This document shows, in pieces, positions 13,951-27,378 of a stretch of DNA of 64,000 bases. Each line of letters opens with the position of its first letter. Positions within the stretch are counted from its first letter, which is position 1. The notes beneath the pieces were generated by a model, which was not told the DNA's origin, did not search any database, and saw only the letters and a program-made list of their open reading frames with translations. The position numbers were made by a program, and so were the translations under genes. This DNA is from Balanoglossus misakiensis (taxonomy: Eukaryota > Animalia > Hemichordata), in contig CM082593.2 of the NCBI GenBank assembly GCA_040954595.2, forward strand, positions 3,241,434 through 3,305,433. Reading direction: 5' to 3'.

Positions 13951-14134
13951 TGTTAATAATATCGCTGTTGAGACAAGAATTTATTGATTTCAAAGCTGCA
14001 ACTAGGATACACTGGCTGGGTTTTTCAGAAAAGAAAAATTCGCATGCTCGGCTATATCTTAATTATTATTATTCGAAGTCTTTTCACGTTTTCCATAATT
14101 TTAGTTCAAACTAGTGTTCCGCCAATAGCCATGT

Positions 14135-14400
14135 TTAAAAGTTGAATGCGCCTTGAAAATCAACAGTCTTAAACTTTCGCTCATATTTTGTCTAAGCAGC
14201 TTTAAATTATTCTCTCTTTAAATTGAGAATAAAATTTGGATAAGAGAGCAAAATTTTTGTCAAAATATCTAACATTCGAAATTCATAATGGCCGCCATTC
14301 TCTGTGTTAAGTCTATAGGGAAAATCTAAACATGCACTTTTCATGAAAACAAGACAGTAAACACCCAGTTTTCTTCTTAATTATTAAAAAGAGACTCCCG
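14135..14400. repeat. Probable degenerate fragment of an interspersed repeat
   Basis: The start (AATGCGCCTTGAAAATCAACAGTCTTAAACTTTCGCTCA) resembles TATGCACCTCGAAAATCGGTCTTAACTATTTTCTCA at about 61681. From memory it resembles an abundant hemichordate repeat; not verified. Confidence 0.35.
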
Positions 14401-15788
14401 GCGCAATAGCATATAGCTTTGTAACGATATAATTTATTAAAATAATTTTACTAAAGCCCTTTTTCTATAGAAAACGGGCTTAACTAAAAGTACATTGTAA
14501 CGTAAGCCTTCAGGATGTCCTTGTTTTGTCTTTGATTCACTGTACCTTTTATTTTAAATATTATGTAATTGATTGTAAAAAAGGTAACATTCTAATCAGC
14601 AAATATTAAATGGCATACATAATACCGACTAGTCTTCCTTTCAGCAATTTATTTCTTCAATCGTCAGAAGTTTGGATGATGTATATGAGACCAGCCAACC
14701 TATACACAGAAAACGACAACAAGTTACCCCGCCGGATTTTGCATATCACATTTCAGATAACATGTCCTCTCACATGTACTATAGAGAATCTCTCCAAAGC
14801 CGTAAGAGTGCTCCGTGTGTCTCCGTCTGTGCAGCGCGAAAATGATACTCGTTTTTCATATTTCTTTTGACATTGCGTTCACTTTGTGGAGTAGATCAAT
14901 AAATATCACATGCTTTGTCACGTTTCGCTCTCTGCTTCAGGAGACTCCATTTACATGTTCACTTTGATTCCTTATAAGGAACCGTGGAATAAAGGTGTCC
15001 TGTTATTTCCCAATGTCATTCGAGTCGTTTGTGACGAACTTTCTGTATTCATTTACTTCCATGAAGGGCTTCTCAAAAATGGAACGTGATATATACCGCC
15101 TTAATATTTCAGGAAGTCCACTTCATCTCGCCCTTGCCGTGTGCCTACTTCCTGTTCGAACTGAACCGGAACTCTGACATTATGAAAAAATGATTCAACA
15201 CTGAATAAGTGAGGTTTGCCCGCTTTTGGTTTAAAAAATTATACCTCGTTTCCCAGTATTTCATGTGCTTACGTCGGCAGTTGCTTCAGGGGAGATGCAT
15301 AAAATTTGACGTACGTGATCCTTATAGAAGCAACAAATGTTTTCCATAGCTGGATTTCACGTGTAAAGATTCTAAGAAAGTATGTATTCATAACCGACAA
15401 TGATCATATTGTGTCCAAGCTTTTGAATAACACGACTCACTTGAAAGAGCCTACGTCGAGATATCCTATTACCAAAACGGTTTCTGGATTGGGACTTGAA
15501 AGGCTCCATGCACTCCAAGACGGAATGTGGGCTTGAAGTTTTACAATGACTTCGTTCTGTAGTATTTGGATTTTTTGTCATTATCATGACGACCATCTTA
15601 TTTCAGGCTGCACCATTCTGACAATCACGTGCGTAGGTGTACTTAAGGAAAAGCATCTCTTGATGAAAACGAAATAACCTTAAGTTACAAAAAATCTAAC
15701 ATGTATAGAGTTGGCCGTTTAAAGTCTCGACTGTAACCAAACGCGTTTAACCCATCCTGCACGGCATTGTTTCATTGAGGCAAATAAA

Positions 15789-15808
15789 GACAGACAGACG
15801 GACTGACG

Positions 15809-15884
<76 letters not shown>

Positions 15885-15898
15885 GGCAGGCAGGCAGG
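15789..15898. repeat. (GACA)n tetranucleotide microsatellite with (GGCA)n tail
   Basis: Directly visible; accounts for the spurious 'SVCL' ORF at 15719-15910. Confidence 0.95.
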
Positions 15899-18800
15899 CC
15901 GGCCGGCCAACAGTTCACATTTGGTGAAAGTGATGACGTTAGTCGGATATTCCCATTGGTTACATGATATACACGCCGTTGGTAACTGGATTATGTGTTT
16001 ACAGCGTCACGTTCATAGTATTCAAACTCAGAGTTGTATAGAATGCACTGGGGGAATACCATAAATGGAAACATGTACCCTTGTGCTAACATTCATGGAG
16101 AAGGAGATAGTGAAAAATTTCAAAAGCTACACCGCACACAGAATACGACACGTTATATATAGGCCTAGCATGTCAATATGCATGCGCTATTGCTTCCGAA
16201 TAAACATTGAACTCAATTGTCCGCAGATTTTCACATAGGAAAATGAACACGATTGAACCAAGAATCTCATTGTGATCCTCCAACTTTCAACGATTTATCA
16301 ACATTGTAATCGAGCGTGAATGGAGTGAGAAACAGTTATCTGACCTCATTGAATGAAGGGTTATGTCCCGTATTGTTGAAAATGAAACAGTCAATAGCCC
16401 TATACCATCAGGTTTTCTATGCGGCACGCGCACTGACTGTTGGCCTGGGGACATGGATGCGGGGAACCGAAGAAGTCACGTGACGGCGACACAAAAAAGT
16501 AACCCGTGGATATGGATAAATACGCGAAAAGAGACACATTTTTTATGATTGATTCACTTGATTCCGGCATTTCTTCTGTTCTGTTACGCCTCTCGCCTGT
16601 CGACGTGGTGGTGCCCAGAATAAATGCGCAAACGATATGTTGGCGCATAATGGTTGGCGTCAGTCATAAAGACAGATGTTTGTATGGTAATGTTTCGATG
16701 GTGTCTCTGAGTTTTTAACAACTAGCTGGCTGACTGTACCCCACTTTGGCAAACCACTGAGGCCCGAGTAGGTCCTATACGCAACTCTTTGTTTCGTGCT
16801 GGCGTGGGAAGGGGGTGGGGGGCTTTGGCTATCATGCTTGACGCGAGTATACGGCAGGCGGGCAGAGTCGCACTTCGAAGAAAAAAACATTTGAGGCAGT
16901 TACTGGATTCTAGTCTTCGGGCTGTCGATCACTCCACCCACGTGTGGTACCGCTACCTGTCTTACGCACACACGCGGTTATTCGTAGGTCAGTGCGCCAC
17001 ATACCCATGGTCACGTTGAATTTCAGCACTGTGCGGCGGAACTACTAGTATTTTGTGGGCACAAGATACAATACTTATCTTATAAATCAACCGAATTCTA
17101 CGAAATCACATTGACATTTTTGCAAGTTGTTTTTTTTTTGGTAAATAATATTATAGTTGCAAATTTATACGAATTAATCAAGCAGAGCCCTAATGGATAC
17201 TATATTCAGTTCATTTACAATCACAAAGTAGTTCCCATCGTGTTAAGAGTTTCTGTTGAATTAAAAAGTCCGAAACGTCACTATATAAAATGTAGCTCTC
17301 TTGTTGTCTAGGTGCTGAACAATAAAATGCCTATAAATATGCCCAGGCTGAATAAACGGGTGAGAGCAATAAAAGTGATAAAAATACGTTCTGTGGACGT
17401 TTGGTTGCAAACAGGCCTACTGGGGTTGTGCCGATGTCAGAAATAGTTTAGAGGCGAAGGCACGAGGGGAAAGTACACATCAGGGGTTCAACACGATCAA
17501 ATATAATTACTGTCAATCATAAGATACAAAGCAGCTTCTACAACTCGTCCCCACCATGTTGTAAAGCGTGGGGTGACGTCAGCATCCACGACCCAGAAAA
17601 AAGGGGCTTTACATGTCCTAAATATAACTAGCGAGAGAATTATTTAATTTTAGAATATACTAGTAAGCTTTCAGCACAAAAAGATGCCTGTCCAACCATA
17701 GACCCTAGAGTATCATGCAGAGAGGCTTTGACGAAGACAGTGGACCAAAAATAAAGAAGTTTAAGCGAGTTTATTGTCAAACCACGCTGTTGTTGAAGGT
17801 ACATGTAATTATGAATGTACATGTATCTTCAGGTTTTACATGGGTCGTGAATATGCCGCCATGTTTTTCTGTGAACTGACTCCCGGTTGAGTTCTTGGAA
17901 GAAGAAGAAAAATCTGATGAAAAGATGCATCTGTAGGCACAGCAATCAAGTGGTTATGCACGGGTGATATGAGAGGGCACGTCAAAAAGAATGTTCCAAT
18001 CTCTGAGAGACTCTTATAGGGCTTTACCTGTGCATAGTCGCATGGGATACTTTTCAAATAGGGACTTACTTTGTGCGTAAACACCAAACTATAACGCTCA
18101 GGGCATTTAACCCATGAGTGAGCAGCAAGCTGAGGGGTGCTTTCACGGAATATGTTATTTTGAATATTGGTTTGTAGGCGGTTGAGTGAGAGTCCATTTT
18201 TCATTTTCTCTTGATATCCTTTACTTTCAGAAAGGGATATTTACGTTTGCCTTATGACACCCGGACCAGATATCCTTCAAATACTTTGCAACACAAATTC
18301 CAGTTGGCAGAGATCCCCATGCTATAAATGTTTCATTTGCAAGGAATTCAGTTTCTCATCAAATATTAAAACTCGCGCGCAAGATAACGACGTGTTACAC
18401 TGTACTCTCTTGCTCGCGGAGCCAAATCGATTCTTCTGATGCATCTATCGAATTGCACATGTATAATTTATGCTACTACTGGAAACCTTCGACCATTTCG
18501 GTGTATAACCACATCTATAAAAACGACTTCTAGAACCGCACAATATTCATGGGTCTTTTCGATACACCTACTAAAATCAAAGACCAATTCTAACCTACTG
18601 CAAACTCAAAATTAATGCGCAATCATCATTACCAATATGATGTTGTTAAATTATTCAGTTTTCTGAAAACGTGTCTTCGAATCTAGATGGGTGTATGAAT
18701 CATGTTTCATCCTCTGTCATAAGCAAATGACGGAGCTGATTAAGGTGGTGGCCCACTCAAAATTTAAAATATTTAGTTAATATATATTAGAGAAAACAGG

Positions 18801-21800
18801 GTGCTCCCATGCTTTTTTCAGTTAGTAGTTCTCAAATATTGTGGAAAATGTTTATTCAGCACTTTAAACGCACTCCTAATGTTATCATACTCACGGTAAA
18901 CATAATCATATATAGCAAAATGGAAAGTAGGCAACGCTACCCTCAAAATAGTCGCTTTTATAATCACGGAACATATCCTATTTTGAACCAGACACCAACT
19001 TTAAGAAAGTTATATCCGCTCTCTGTCGAAGTTAAACTCTTTTCAGTGACATAATAGTCACGAAACTTGGTTATTTTTTATTTAAAATATATCAAATTTC
19101 CTGTTTCCTGAGAAGTATTTACATCGAAGTAAATGAAAACAGCCTACTTTATGGAAGTGTGGGCTTTGAGGGGTTTCCCACTCTGTCTTTGATGAGATAT
19201 ATGGCCTTTGGGGAGGCGTGTAGGAAACACGCAGAGTCACCTTAATGAGGTCTTCATTTCCCTCTTTAAAGATACCCAATCCCCCCCCCCCCCCACACAC
19301 ACACACACAAAAATCTAAACAAAATAATTTTAGCATTCATATGCTCGTGGAGTTAAAATTGCGCGGCTCGGGATTCGCCCAGTTTGCCGGTGACCCTCTC
19401 CCGTTTTCCTTATTTGGCGAGCGAGAGTTACATATTTTCTTCGGCGAACAAATTGGCAAACGCTTATTACGTTCGCTGTTGATGGACTAGGATAATTTCA
19501 ATATGGGACCCGGATGTCAGAATTGAAAAATAAAAAAAAATAGACTCATATTATGCTCCCTTTGAAGGCTTAGTGCAGAAGACACCCTATAGCTGCACGA
19601 CTGAAAGTTCTCATTTTCATCGTCCGTCCATTACGCATTGGTGTATTACGAGCTGCATTATTGATGAACAGTAATATGTTTTAAAACATGAATCTTTATC
19701 TACTGCTTGAAATGACCGTTGAATTGCACGCTGGGATAGCCGGAATGGAAACTGCTCCAAAATACCGCTCCTGGTAGAGAAGGGGTGGGGGTGGGGGTGG
19801 GGGTGAATCACATTTCCATTTGGACAACGTCTGACACATTCACATGCTGCAAAGTTCTGGAAATTTGAACTCAAACACGACATGATAGCATTATAATATT
19901 ATTCTGTTTTAACTTCATTGCTGAGCAAAACCCATTACGCGTATGTACAGCGGGCAAGGTGACGTACATCCATTGGTAAAGCCTCAAGACTTCGAAAATC
20001 CTGACAGGGGAATATAATCTTTTTGTTTTTCACGTGTTGTATTTTAACTAATCCTTGAAATGTTTACTGATACATTGATCTATAAATCATTCAATAGGTA
20101 ATATAAATTTTACGGCACAAGAGACTATTCGGTCCCAGTGATGACGTGGTTCATTTACATTTTCACAGATATTACACAGATTCACATACACGTGTTAAAA
20201 TTACGCATTATTATACCTAGTAGGCATATTCGCATTTCGGTAAATGAATCTCTCTGTGCTGTCAATGGCGGCCAACCACGTGCACTCACACGTGACCTCG
20301 CTGACTCTTAATACTCGCGGGCAATAGCAGTTCGACGGTTTATGCTTTAATAACGCACGAGTACTCCTCACACAACATACCTACTATTCCGTGATATGCC
20401 GTAAAGTGGGATGTCGTCTGAACTGCGCATGTGACGGAGAGTCCGTCTCCTTTCTACCTCCATGTCCGACTTAAGTTTCTTTTCGAGATCCAGTTCATAA
20501 ATATGAGGGCAGTTCATGGAAATCCATGACAAAAACAGAGAGCGGGTAATATGATTGTCCCAAGGCATTTGCGTCACTGTGTCGGCCACTAATGAAATAG
20601 AGTTCAGAATTCTTATAAGACTAAGAAAAAAGAAACGTCTAACTTTTAAAAAAATATCTGTAAGCGCTACCATGGTACTTCCAGGCGTGCACGTAGTTCG
20701 TGATCGAAAAACAAAACGGCGTCGTGACTCCATTACACTAATGAAAACGGGCATTGAGAAAAATAAGACTTAGGCTTTGGATGCATATGGAGCTGTATAG
20801 CCCACATAAATTGGTTAGCTCGGGTGACTCCGTGACTTTTGGTTTACTGTATACAAACGTGATAGGTACTGATTGACGATTTTAAGGGGAAAAAATGGAA
20901 CCAATTCGGTAATGGAAATTCTTTTCCAACGAGCAACTGAGAACTTGAATTCAACTGGATACATTTTGCCAAAAATCATATGACGGGACCAGTTACCATA
21001 GTAAGCCTGTATCAAAATAATCTCAACGATGTACGATCGGTAAATGTGTGCACAACTAAAAGTAGAAGTGGGTTTTCTGGCAATTCTGAACGCAGTCCAA
21101 TGGGAATAGACAAATTTGACGAGGCTCCAGGAATAAAAAAAAAATCAGTGTCCGACGCATTCACTCCTGGTTGATTTGAGTTATTCAAGAAACTGAAAAT
21201 TGTCACGGTGCTGGCCGTCTGAAAAGCGCAATTATCCCTCATCATGGACTCGAATCCTGTATAGTCAATTTGGAAGTACTGTTCTTTGTTGTATCAGGGC
21301 CCGCAGAAGAACCAGTATTACCCCCACCCCCCCTCCCCGATTAGTTCTGACATTTGGCGCGCGGCTTCGGCAGCCGGGGGCTTTCAAAGTCGGCGAACGC
21401 ACACTCACTTTTCTTTTCGAAAGCGCCGTCCGTTCTTGGGATTCGACCTTTCAGAAGTACAAAAGAGGTACAATACCCATGAATCTACAATAAATATCCC
21501 TGCATGCTACTGCATCTCAATTTCTTTCGCTGTTCAAGCGGAATTATAACCCTTCCTTTGAGTTCTGTGTCCTATTACTTATTACGTATGAATAAAAATG
21601 TGACTTTCTTGAAACCGACGAATCTCCGCTTCAATGGCCCTGGCACCATTTTCTATACCGTTGTCCGCTCTCACAGGTCGTTGGGGGTCGACCACAGTCT
21701 CCCCGGCCGGCGAGAGCAAGACCCTGCAAGGCGAATAAACGTTTTCTTCGTTCTCGCTCATAGCTAATGTTTCCTACTGAGTACACACGTACACGTGTTG

Positions 21801-23602
21801 GCACAATGTTTTACAATCATTTGATTATGCACACAGTTGTGCCCCACCCACCTGCTGCCCTCTGTAAACGCTGACCACATTTGCATATCAAGTGGTCAAT
21901 CATTAATATCGGTATTAATTTTAACCAGCAACCGTGCCGGCCCCCCGAGGAAATTTCTTATCTCTCGGCGTGACAATACCTCCAACCATCGGGGACTACA
22001 ACGCCCGTCTTTTACCGTTTCCGACAGCAATAACTTATTTATCAGGTAAGTGTACTTATATTAAGCAAGTTTCGGTGGGAGATATACTGTGAGAATACTT
22101 CGAATTCGGAGAATTACCTGAAAAATGACCGCGAGCGGAATATGCAAAGATAGATGCCTGAGCAAATATAATAGATTTGGCCATTGCGGATGACGCGCCT
22201 CGGAATATCTGAGCCCGACTCTCCAGAACGCCACTTACCATTCAACTATGCCACTTAGGGTTGATTTGACAGATTTGTGTCTTCGGAATCTCAAAAAGTC
22301 TTCATTGGACGCTAAAACTTGCTAAGAGAGTTCAAATTCCGACTGGATGCGCACAGACAATGTGACACATAAGCTTACCGCTGCCCCTTGACCCTTCACA
22401 CACATTTCTATTCCGCTGCACGCTGTGTGGAAGTACACCCAACCACAGATCATGGTCGCGTCACTCCAACAGGTTGTTATCGACCATTTTTTTCGGTAAA
22501 AAGAAGTTGAAAATGGCTGTTCGTTTCATAGCTTAGACATCGCAACTTGAAAAATCAACGACTTGTGTTTTTGTGTGAAATAACACGATTTGTATGAGGT
22601 GATAAAAAGCCCGGTTATTAAATTTACATGACATTAACATTAACACTCACGCTCCAACAGCTAACGTCGCACAACGAGGAACCGGTATGCGCACGTGTTG
22701 TGTTATACAGGAAAGGGGGATTTCATATATGAAAGTTTATTGCATAAAAGTTGCAAAAGTTGTATGATAATGAAGTAATTATGGTTGTGAACGGGTTCCA
22801 ACTTGGATGAATCGGTAAATTCAACCGTATGACCCTTGAACCCACAATGATTGCGAAATGCAAACTTGAAGTGGCTATAATTCTCGATCGGCAAGGCGAT
22901 AAGGTGAAAACGAACGCCTTTGCTCGCTTTACGATATCTCTTATGAACTTGGAAGGGGAAAAATCGCAGTCATATCAACATTTCCGTTCTTTGCCGTACC
23001 TGATCAGAGCTTCCGGAGAGATATTCGAAAATTCTACGCCTGTGTATCTGGAAACCACAAAACGAGAACAAAAATAGTTAGTCCGGATGTCAACGTCGTG
23101 GGAGTCGACCGAACGAAGCCAGACCGTCACGTAATCCGTGACTGAACTAAGTTGAACATTTGTGGTTTGTTTTGATTCGACGAATAGGATCAAAGGAGCG
23201 TGATTTTATTTTGCCCCTTGGCTCTACTGAACTGCCGATCGATGGAGACAGGGAGGTAGGCGAGGGTTGACTTACAAGTTCGACGTAATTCCCTTTCACT
23301 TGAGAAGTTTTGTGATTGATGTCATCGTCATGAAACGTTTCATGTAGTACGTACGCGCCTCAAATATTAAGGCCTTTTCCTCATACATACATTTTTGCTC
23401 AAGGCAACTGTGATTATCTAGAATAAAAATTGGAGGTTATCGTGCAAAACTGATCGCCAGTAAATGACCTGACAGGCAAGTGCGCCACCAAGGTTCACTC
23501 CCATGAAAACGAATGCAGAATGCATAGTGTATTGTATGGGTACTGCATTAAGAAATTAAATTACTTGATTTTCAGGAATATTTTAAAAGTGTAGTTTTGT
23601 AA

Positions 23603-23648
23603 CTCTCTCTCTCTCTCTCTCTCCCCCCCCCTCTCTCTCTCTCTCTCT
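23603..23648. repeat. Interrupted (CT)n microsatellite just upstream of the Ly6 gene A start codon
   Basis: Directly visible, about 20 bp before the ATG at 23668. Confidence 0.9.
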
Positions 23649-23667
23649 GACAACGTAAAGGGTTAAA

Positions 23668-24584
23668 ATGAAGCTTCACCTTTTGGTAATATCGGCCTTT
23701 TTAGCATTACTGGCCTTCAAAAGAGGTACGTTTTGTCTTTAATTTTATTTTATATGTGATACAATTTTCGTTATTATTTTGCACTGTACACAACAATAAT
23801 GCGTAAGCATCTAAACAAGTTTATTTAAAACTCGTTTCTCTTACACATTGACCCGTTGCTTTTTTGTCTCTGACGTCGACAGTCGATGGTATTAATTGTC
23901 TACAATGCGTCGGCGTGGGATATACTGACTGTGGTGGCGTTATAGGAAACGAGAAAAAGATGGACGCATTGCCTTGCTTAGATCCTGAACACAAATGGTG
24001 CTTTACCATGAGGGAAGATGACCATTCATCAAGATGTGAGTGTTTTTAACTTAAATACCGGTACATACAGCTTTGTCAGGACGTAATTTGCAGTGCAAGT
24101 CCTCGAGAAGTCCTGGGGGTCTGTGATTGCAGAAAAGTGCAAAAAAATGTTTAACGCCCGCTAAGGGGGTCGAACCCTTGACCTTAGGATTAAAAGTCCC
24201 ACGCTCTACCGACTGAGCTAACCGGGCTTCATATTCAGTTGATGTAATTATCAACTGATTCGGCTAAAGTAGCTTACATTTCCAATAATGCAGCAGAGCT
24301 GTCTGGTGGATGTGTTGATATATGTATTCCAGTGTGATCTTGCAAGAGGCGTTATTGTATAGTGGCACTTTGTTTTTTTTTTAATTTCAGTGACGTCATA
24401 TGCGTATGAGAGAGGCTGCAGCAAAGAAAGCCTTGGGAATTTTTGCAACGTTGGTGACATCATGTCGACGTGTTACTCATCCTGCAGCAGTGACGGGTGT
24501 AACCGTGACAACAGCGCCACTGGACTTCAAATGTCTGCTCTTACCGTTCTAGTGACTGTTGCAGTTGCATATTTCCTTCACTAA
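23668..24584 (+). CDS. Ly6/uPAR three-finger (quiver/sleepless-like) protein A, secreted and likely GPI-anchored, 134 aa
   Basis: Exons 23668-23725 (signal peptide MKLHLLVISAFLALLAFKR), 23883-24035, 24391-24584, both introns phase 1. Ten cysteines from INCLQC to CSSDGCN, then a hydrophobic C-terminal tail (LTVLVTVAVAYFLH). Confidence 0.85.
24155..24227 (-). tRNA. trnK-UUU: tRNA-Lys (anticodon UUU), in intron 2 of Ly6 gene A, antisense to host
   Basis: GCCCGGTTAGCTCAGTCGGTAGAGCGTGGGACTTTTAATCCTAAGGTCAAGGGTTCGACCCCCTTAGCGGGCG: 73 nt cloverleaf, A and B boxes, T7 terminator at 24141-24147. Confidence 0.93.
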
Positions 24585-26518
24585 CAAATGTTTCGTCTAG
24601 TTTGTCTATTTTTGTTATGATTTGTTTGTTTTACTCAGCCTTGTCGGACACATTGTGCCCAACTTAACCCAAGTAAGAATTCACTTTTCTCTTACTTCCA
24701 TGATTTTGTACAGATCATCATCCCACTGTAGGTTCAAACTCTCCCTGTAATGTATTGTTTTGTCATCAGATCAATGTATTTAACAATAAATTTTTAAAAA
24801 TGATAGATTTATGTTCTAGGCGTTTATTTATGAGACATCATTCGAAGAACTGTTTCGCAAAATCAGCACAAATGAATGGACAACGCGTGTCGATTGCAAG
24901 CGATCGAACAGCGCATGCTCGACTTTATGCAAAACACTTTCACCTAAGGAACCTGGGTTTGTCACGCCGGTAGATATTTGTAAGGCTGCGTTTGTTTTGA
25001 GGTTTCTCCTCAGTTGCGACAAGTTCGGTTTACTCGGTAAGTACCCCTTTTCATGTATGGTTGTTATCGGAATGTTTCTATCGATAAAGCATGCAGTGTC
25101 TCGCAGAAATTCAGCGAAGAAAGTTGATCACCTAGTAGTGCTCAGCCAGGGCTTCAGATCCAATATGGCGGCGTTTCGTACATATCGTTGTGAAATAAAA
25201 CGCTAAAATAGAGATCTGCCCTTTTCTAGACATATAGGAGGTTATTAGCAGTAAGATATGGATGTATTTTCCTCACGAAATCAATAGACTGTTAATTGCA
25301 GCAGCATGGAATCTACACCACTCGGTGTAAAACGGCTAAATACCAGTTGTACCGTGCCGGGTGAATGCAAATTGCAATTTACAAACGGTGACAATGACAT
25401 GACCTTTACCCGCGTACCCTGTATGCAGGTGTGGGTAGTCACGCCACATGTAGTTCAGACATTCAATTGCCCTCATCAGAGAAAGCATTCGAAGTGCCTC
25501 AGTGTGGTTGAAGATGGATCGACAGTCATTCCAGAATCACGCCTCCAGAAATGATCCTTGTGATTACATATCATGTGACTGAATGTCATGATGACCTGGA
25601 AAGGAAGTTTTGGAATCGGACAGGGAAAGGATGATGTCAAGGCGATACAAAACGATTTCGTTTGACTTTCTATCAATTCATATCACTAAATTCGACAATA
25701 AAAGTACAGAACATTGACAGCATGTTTTAAGATATACAGGTTCATTATTCTTCGGTCATCATCATCACCATCGTCATCATCAACATCATCATTAATGATG
25801 ATGATGTTGGTCATAAAACCGGTGACTAGAAAGTAGACCACGTTTGGCATACATGTATGAAATGGCATTATCTGTCTCCAGATTTTTACAAATTATTCAT
25901 ATTTTGGAGGAAAGTCCAAAAAATTATTGTGTGCCACGTACCATACAGCTGAATGAACTCAATAGGTCAGTTCAGCCCAGCTGTAAATCTCTTGGTTATG
26001 GTTGTATAAACTAATAAATGCTGATAATGAGGTCATAAGTTTTTTAAATCGTTGCCAGTCATGTCATTGTTATCGTGAATGCACACAACTCCCACACACA
26101 GTTTTCTCAGTGAAAAGCTTAGAATGTGAAAATTGATGAACCTGATAATGAGATCAGTTCGTCAGCATAATTAATTAATCATGAAATATGTGGCATTTCA
26201 AAGCAGATAATGTGATTGAGAATTACTGCATTCAAGTTTGAGATCAAATGTGAAGAAATTTCAGCAAAAATGTCATGAAGATACATAATCAAATAGAATG
26301 TGGATATGGCAGGTTTATTAGTGGCTGAAAACCGTATGCCCAAGGCTAGCAGTGTAATGTACATGTGTTACATAATATGTTGAAAAATAGATGCCAAGGG
26401 CAAATGTTTTCACTCAATCCAATCATTTCATGGCAAGTTGCGGAAACGTAGAAGAATTCTAGTTGGTAATCTGTATTGATTTTAATTGTTTCAGGGTCAT
26501 CTAGATTAGAACTTGAAA

Positions 26519-27378
26519 ATGAAGGTTCTGATAGCAGTTGTTTTATGCACAGTGGCATTTTACACAGGTGAGTACGTGTAGCCGTCAGATTACTGTGGTT
26601 TCGTGTTGTCAGTTTGGTGTGGTTTTTGCAATCAAGAAAAGCTATGGCCTTTGGAGAACAGATCTCCATATTCATCATGATGAATTCAAGTGTAATTGTA
26701 TTCAATTATGTCAGATCAGAAAATAAGTCTACAATTAAAGCGAAAGCAGTCTCACCCATTTCCTCTTGTCTTTCAGCTGATGCTCTGAAATGTCTGCAGT
26801 GTGCTGGGGTGGGCTACAATAACTGTGGTGGTGTCGATGGGACTGAAGATAAAATGAAGGCGTTGGATTGTCCCGCAGAATCCCAATTCTGTTACACGCA
26901 GAGGGAGGACTCTGACGAAGGAGTTGGTAAGACACGACTTGTTGACATCTGTGATTCTTGTCGTATTACTTATTTGCATAATCCTACCGAACGTATGATC
27001 GCCATACAGTTTCCAGATAACTTGGTTATTTTAATCCCAGACTCCCTGTGTGTACGAACAACATAATATGTTTTGTCTTCACCCATTTGTGCATATAGAC
27101 ATGCAAGTTTGTTTTGCGCTGTGATCCAATATGGCAGCCGTTGTCTGCAGGCTATAACTCCTCTGTCTCTTTTCTGCTCTGCAGTGACATACCACGCGTA
27201 CAACAGAGGTTGCCTCAAGGAAGATTTGACCAATGGCTGTCGCACGATAGAGGGGCTCCTTGTTTGTTTGAACACCTGTGACAAAGATGGCTGTAACCGC
27301 GACAACGGAGTGGGGGCTGTGCACGCTGTCATTTCAACCGTAGTTTTATCTGCTATCCTCAGTGTCTTTTTACAGTGA
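26519..27378 (+). CDS. Ly6/uPAR three-finger (quiver-like) protein B, tandem paralog of A, 130 aa
   Basis: Exons 26519-26567 (MKVLIAVVLCTVAFYT), 26777-26926, 27185-27378, phase 1 introns. Same 10-Cys frame (LKCLQC...CDKDGCNRDN) and hydrophobic tail. Last coding exon is 194 nt in both paralogs. Confidence 0.85.

Noticed and set aside
17836-18204. 122 aa minus-strand ORF
   Set aside because: No recognisable domain or exon context; chance ORF or decayed transposon fragment.
18740-19245. TTAAGGTG...CACCTTAA-bounded segment suggesting a TTAA-target DNA transposon
   Set aside because: The inverted match beyond TTAA is only 4 bp, and there is no second copy in the window.
19782-19803. (GGGGT)n potential G-quadruplex and several long G/C homopolymers
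   Set aside because: Simple low-complexity tracts common across this window, with no functional context.
20368-20754. 128 aa minus-strand ORF
   Set aside because: No recognisable motif, non-ATG start, not linkable to other exons.
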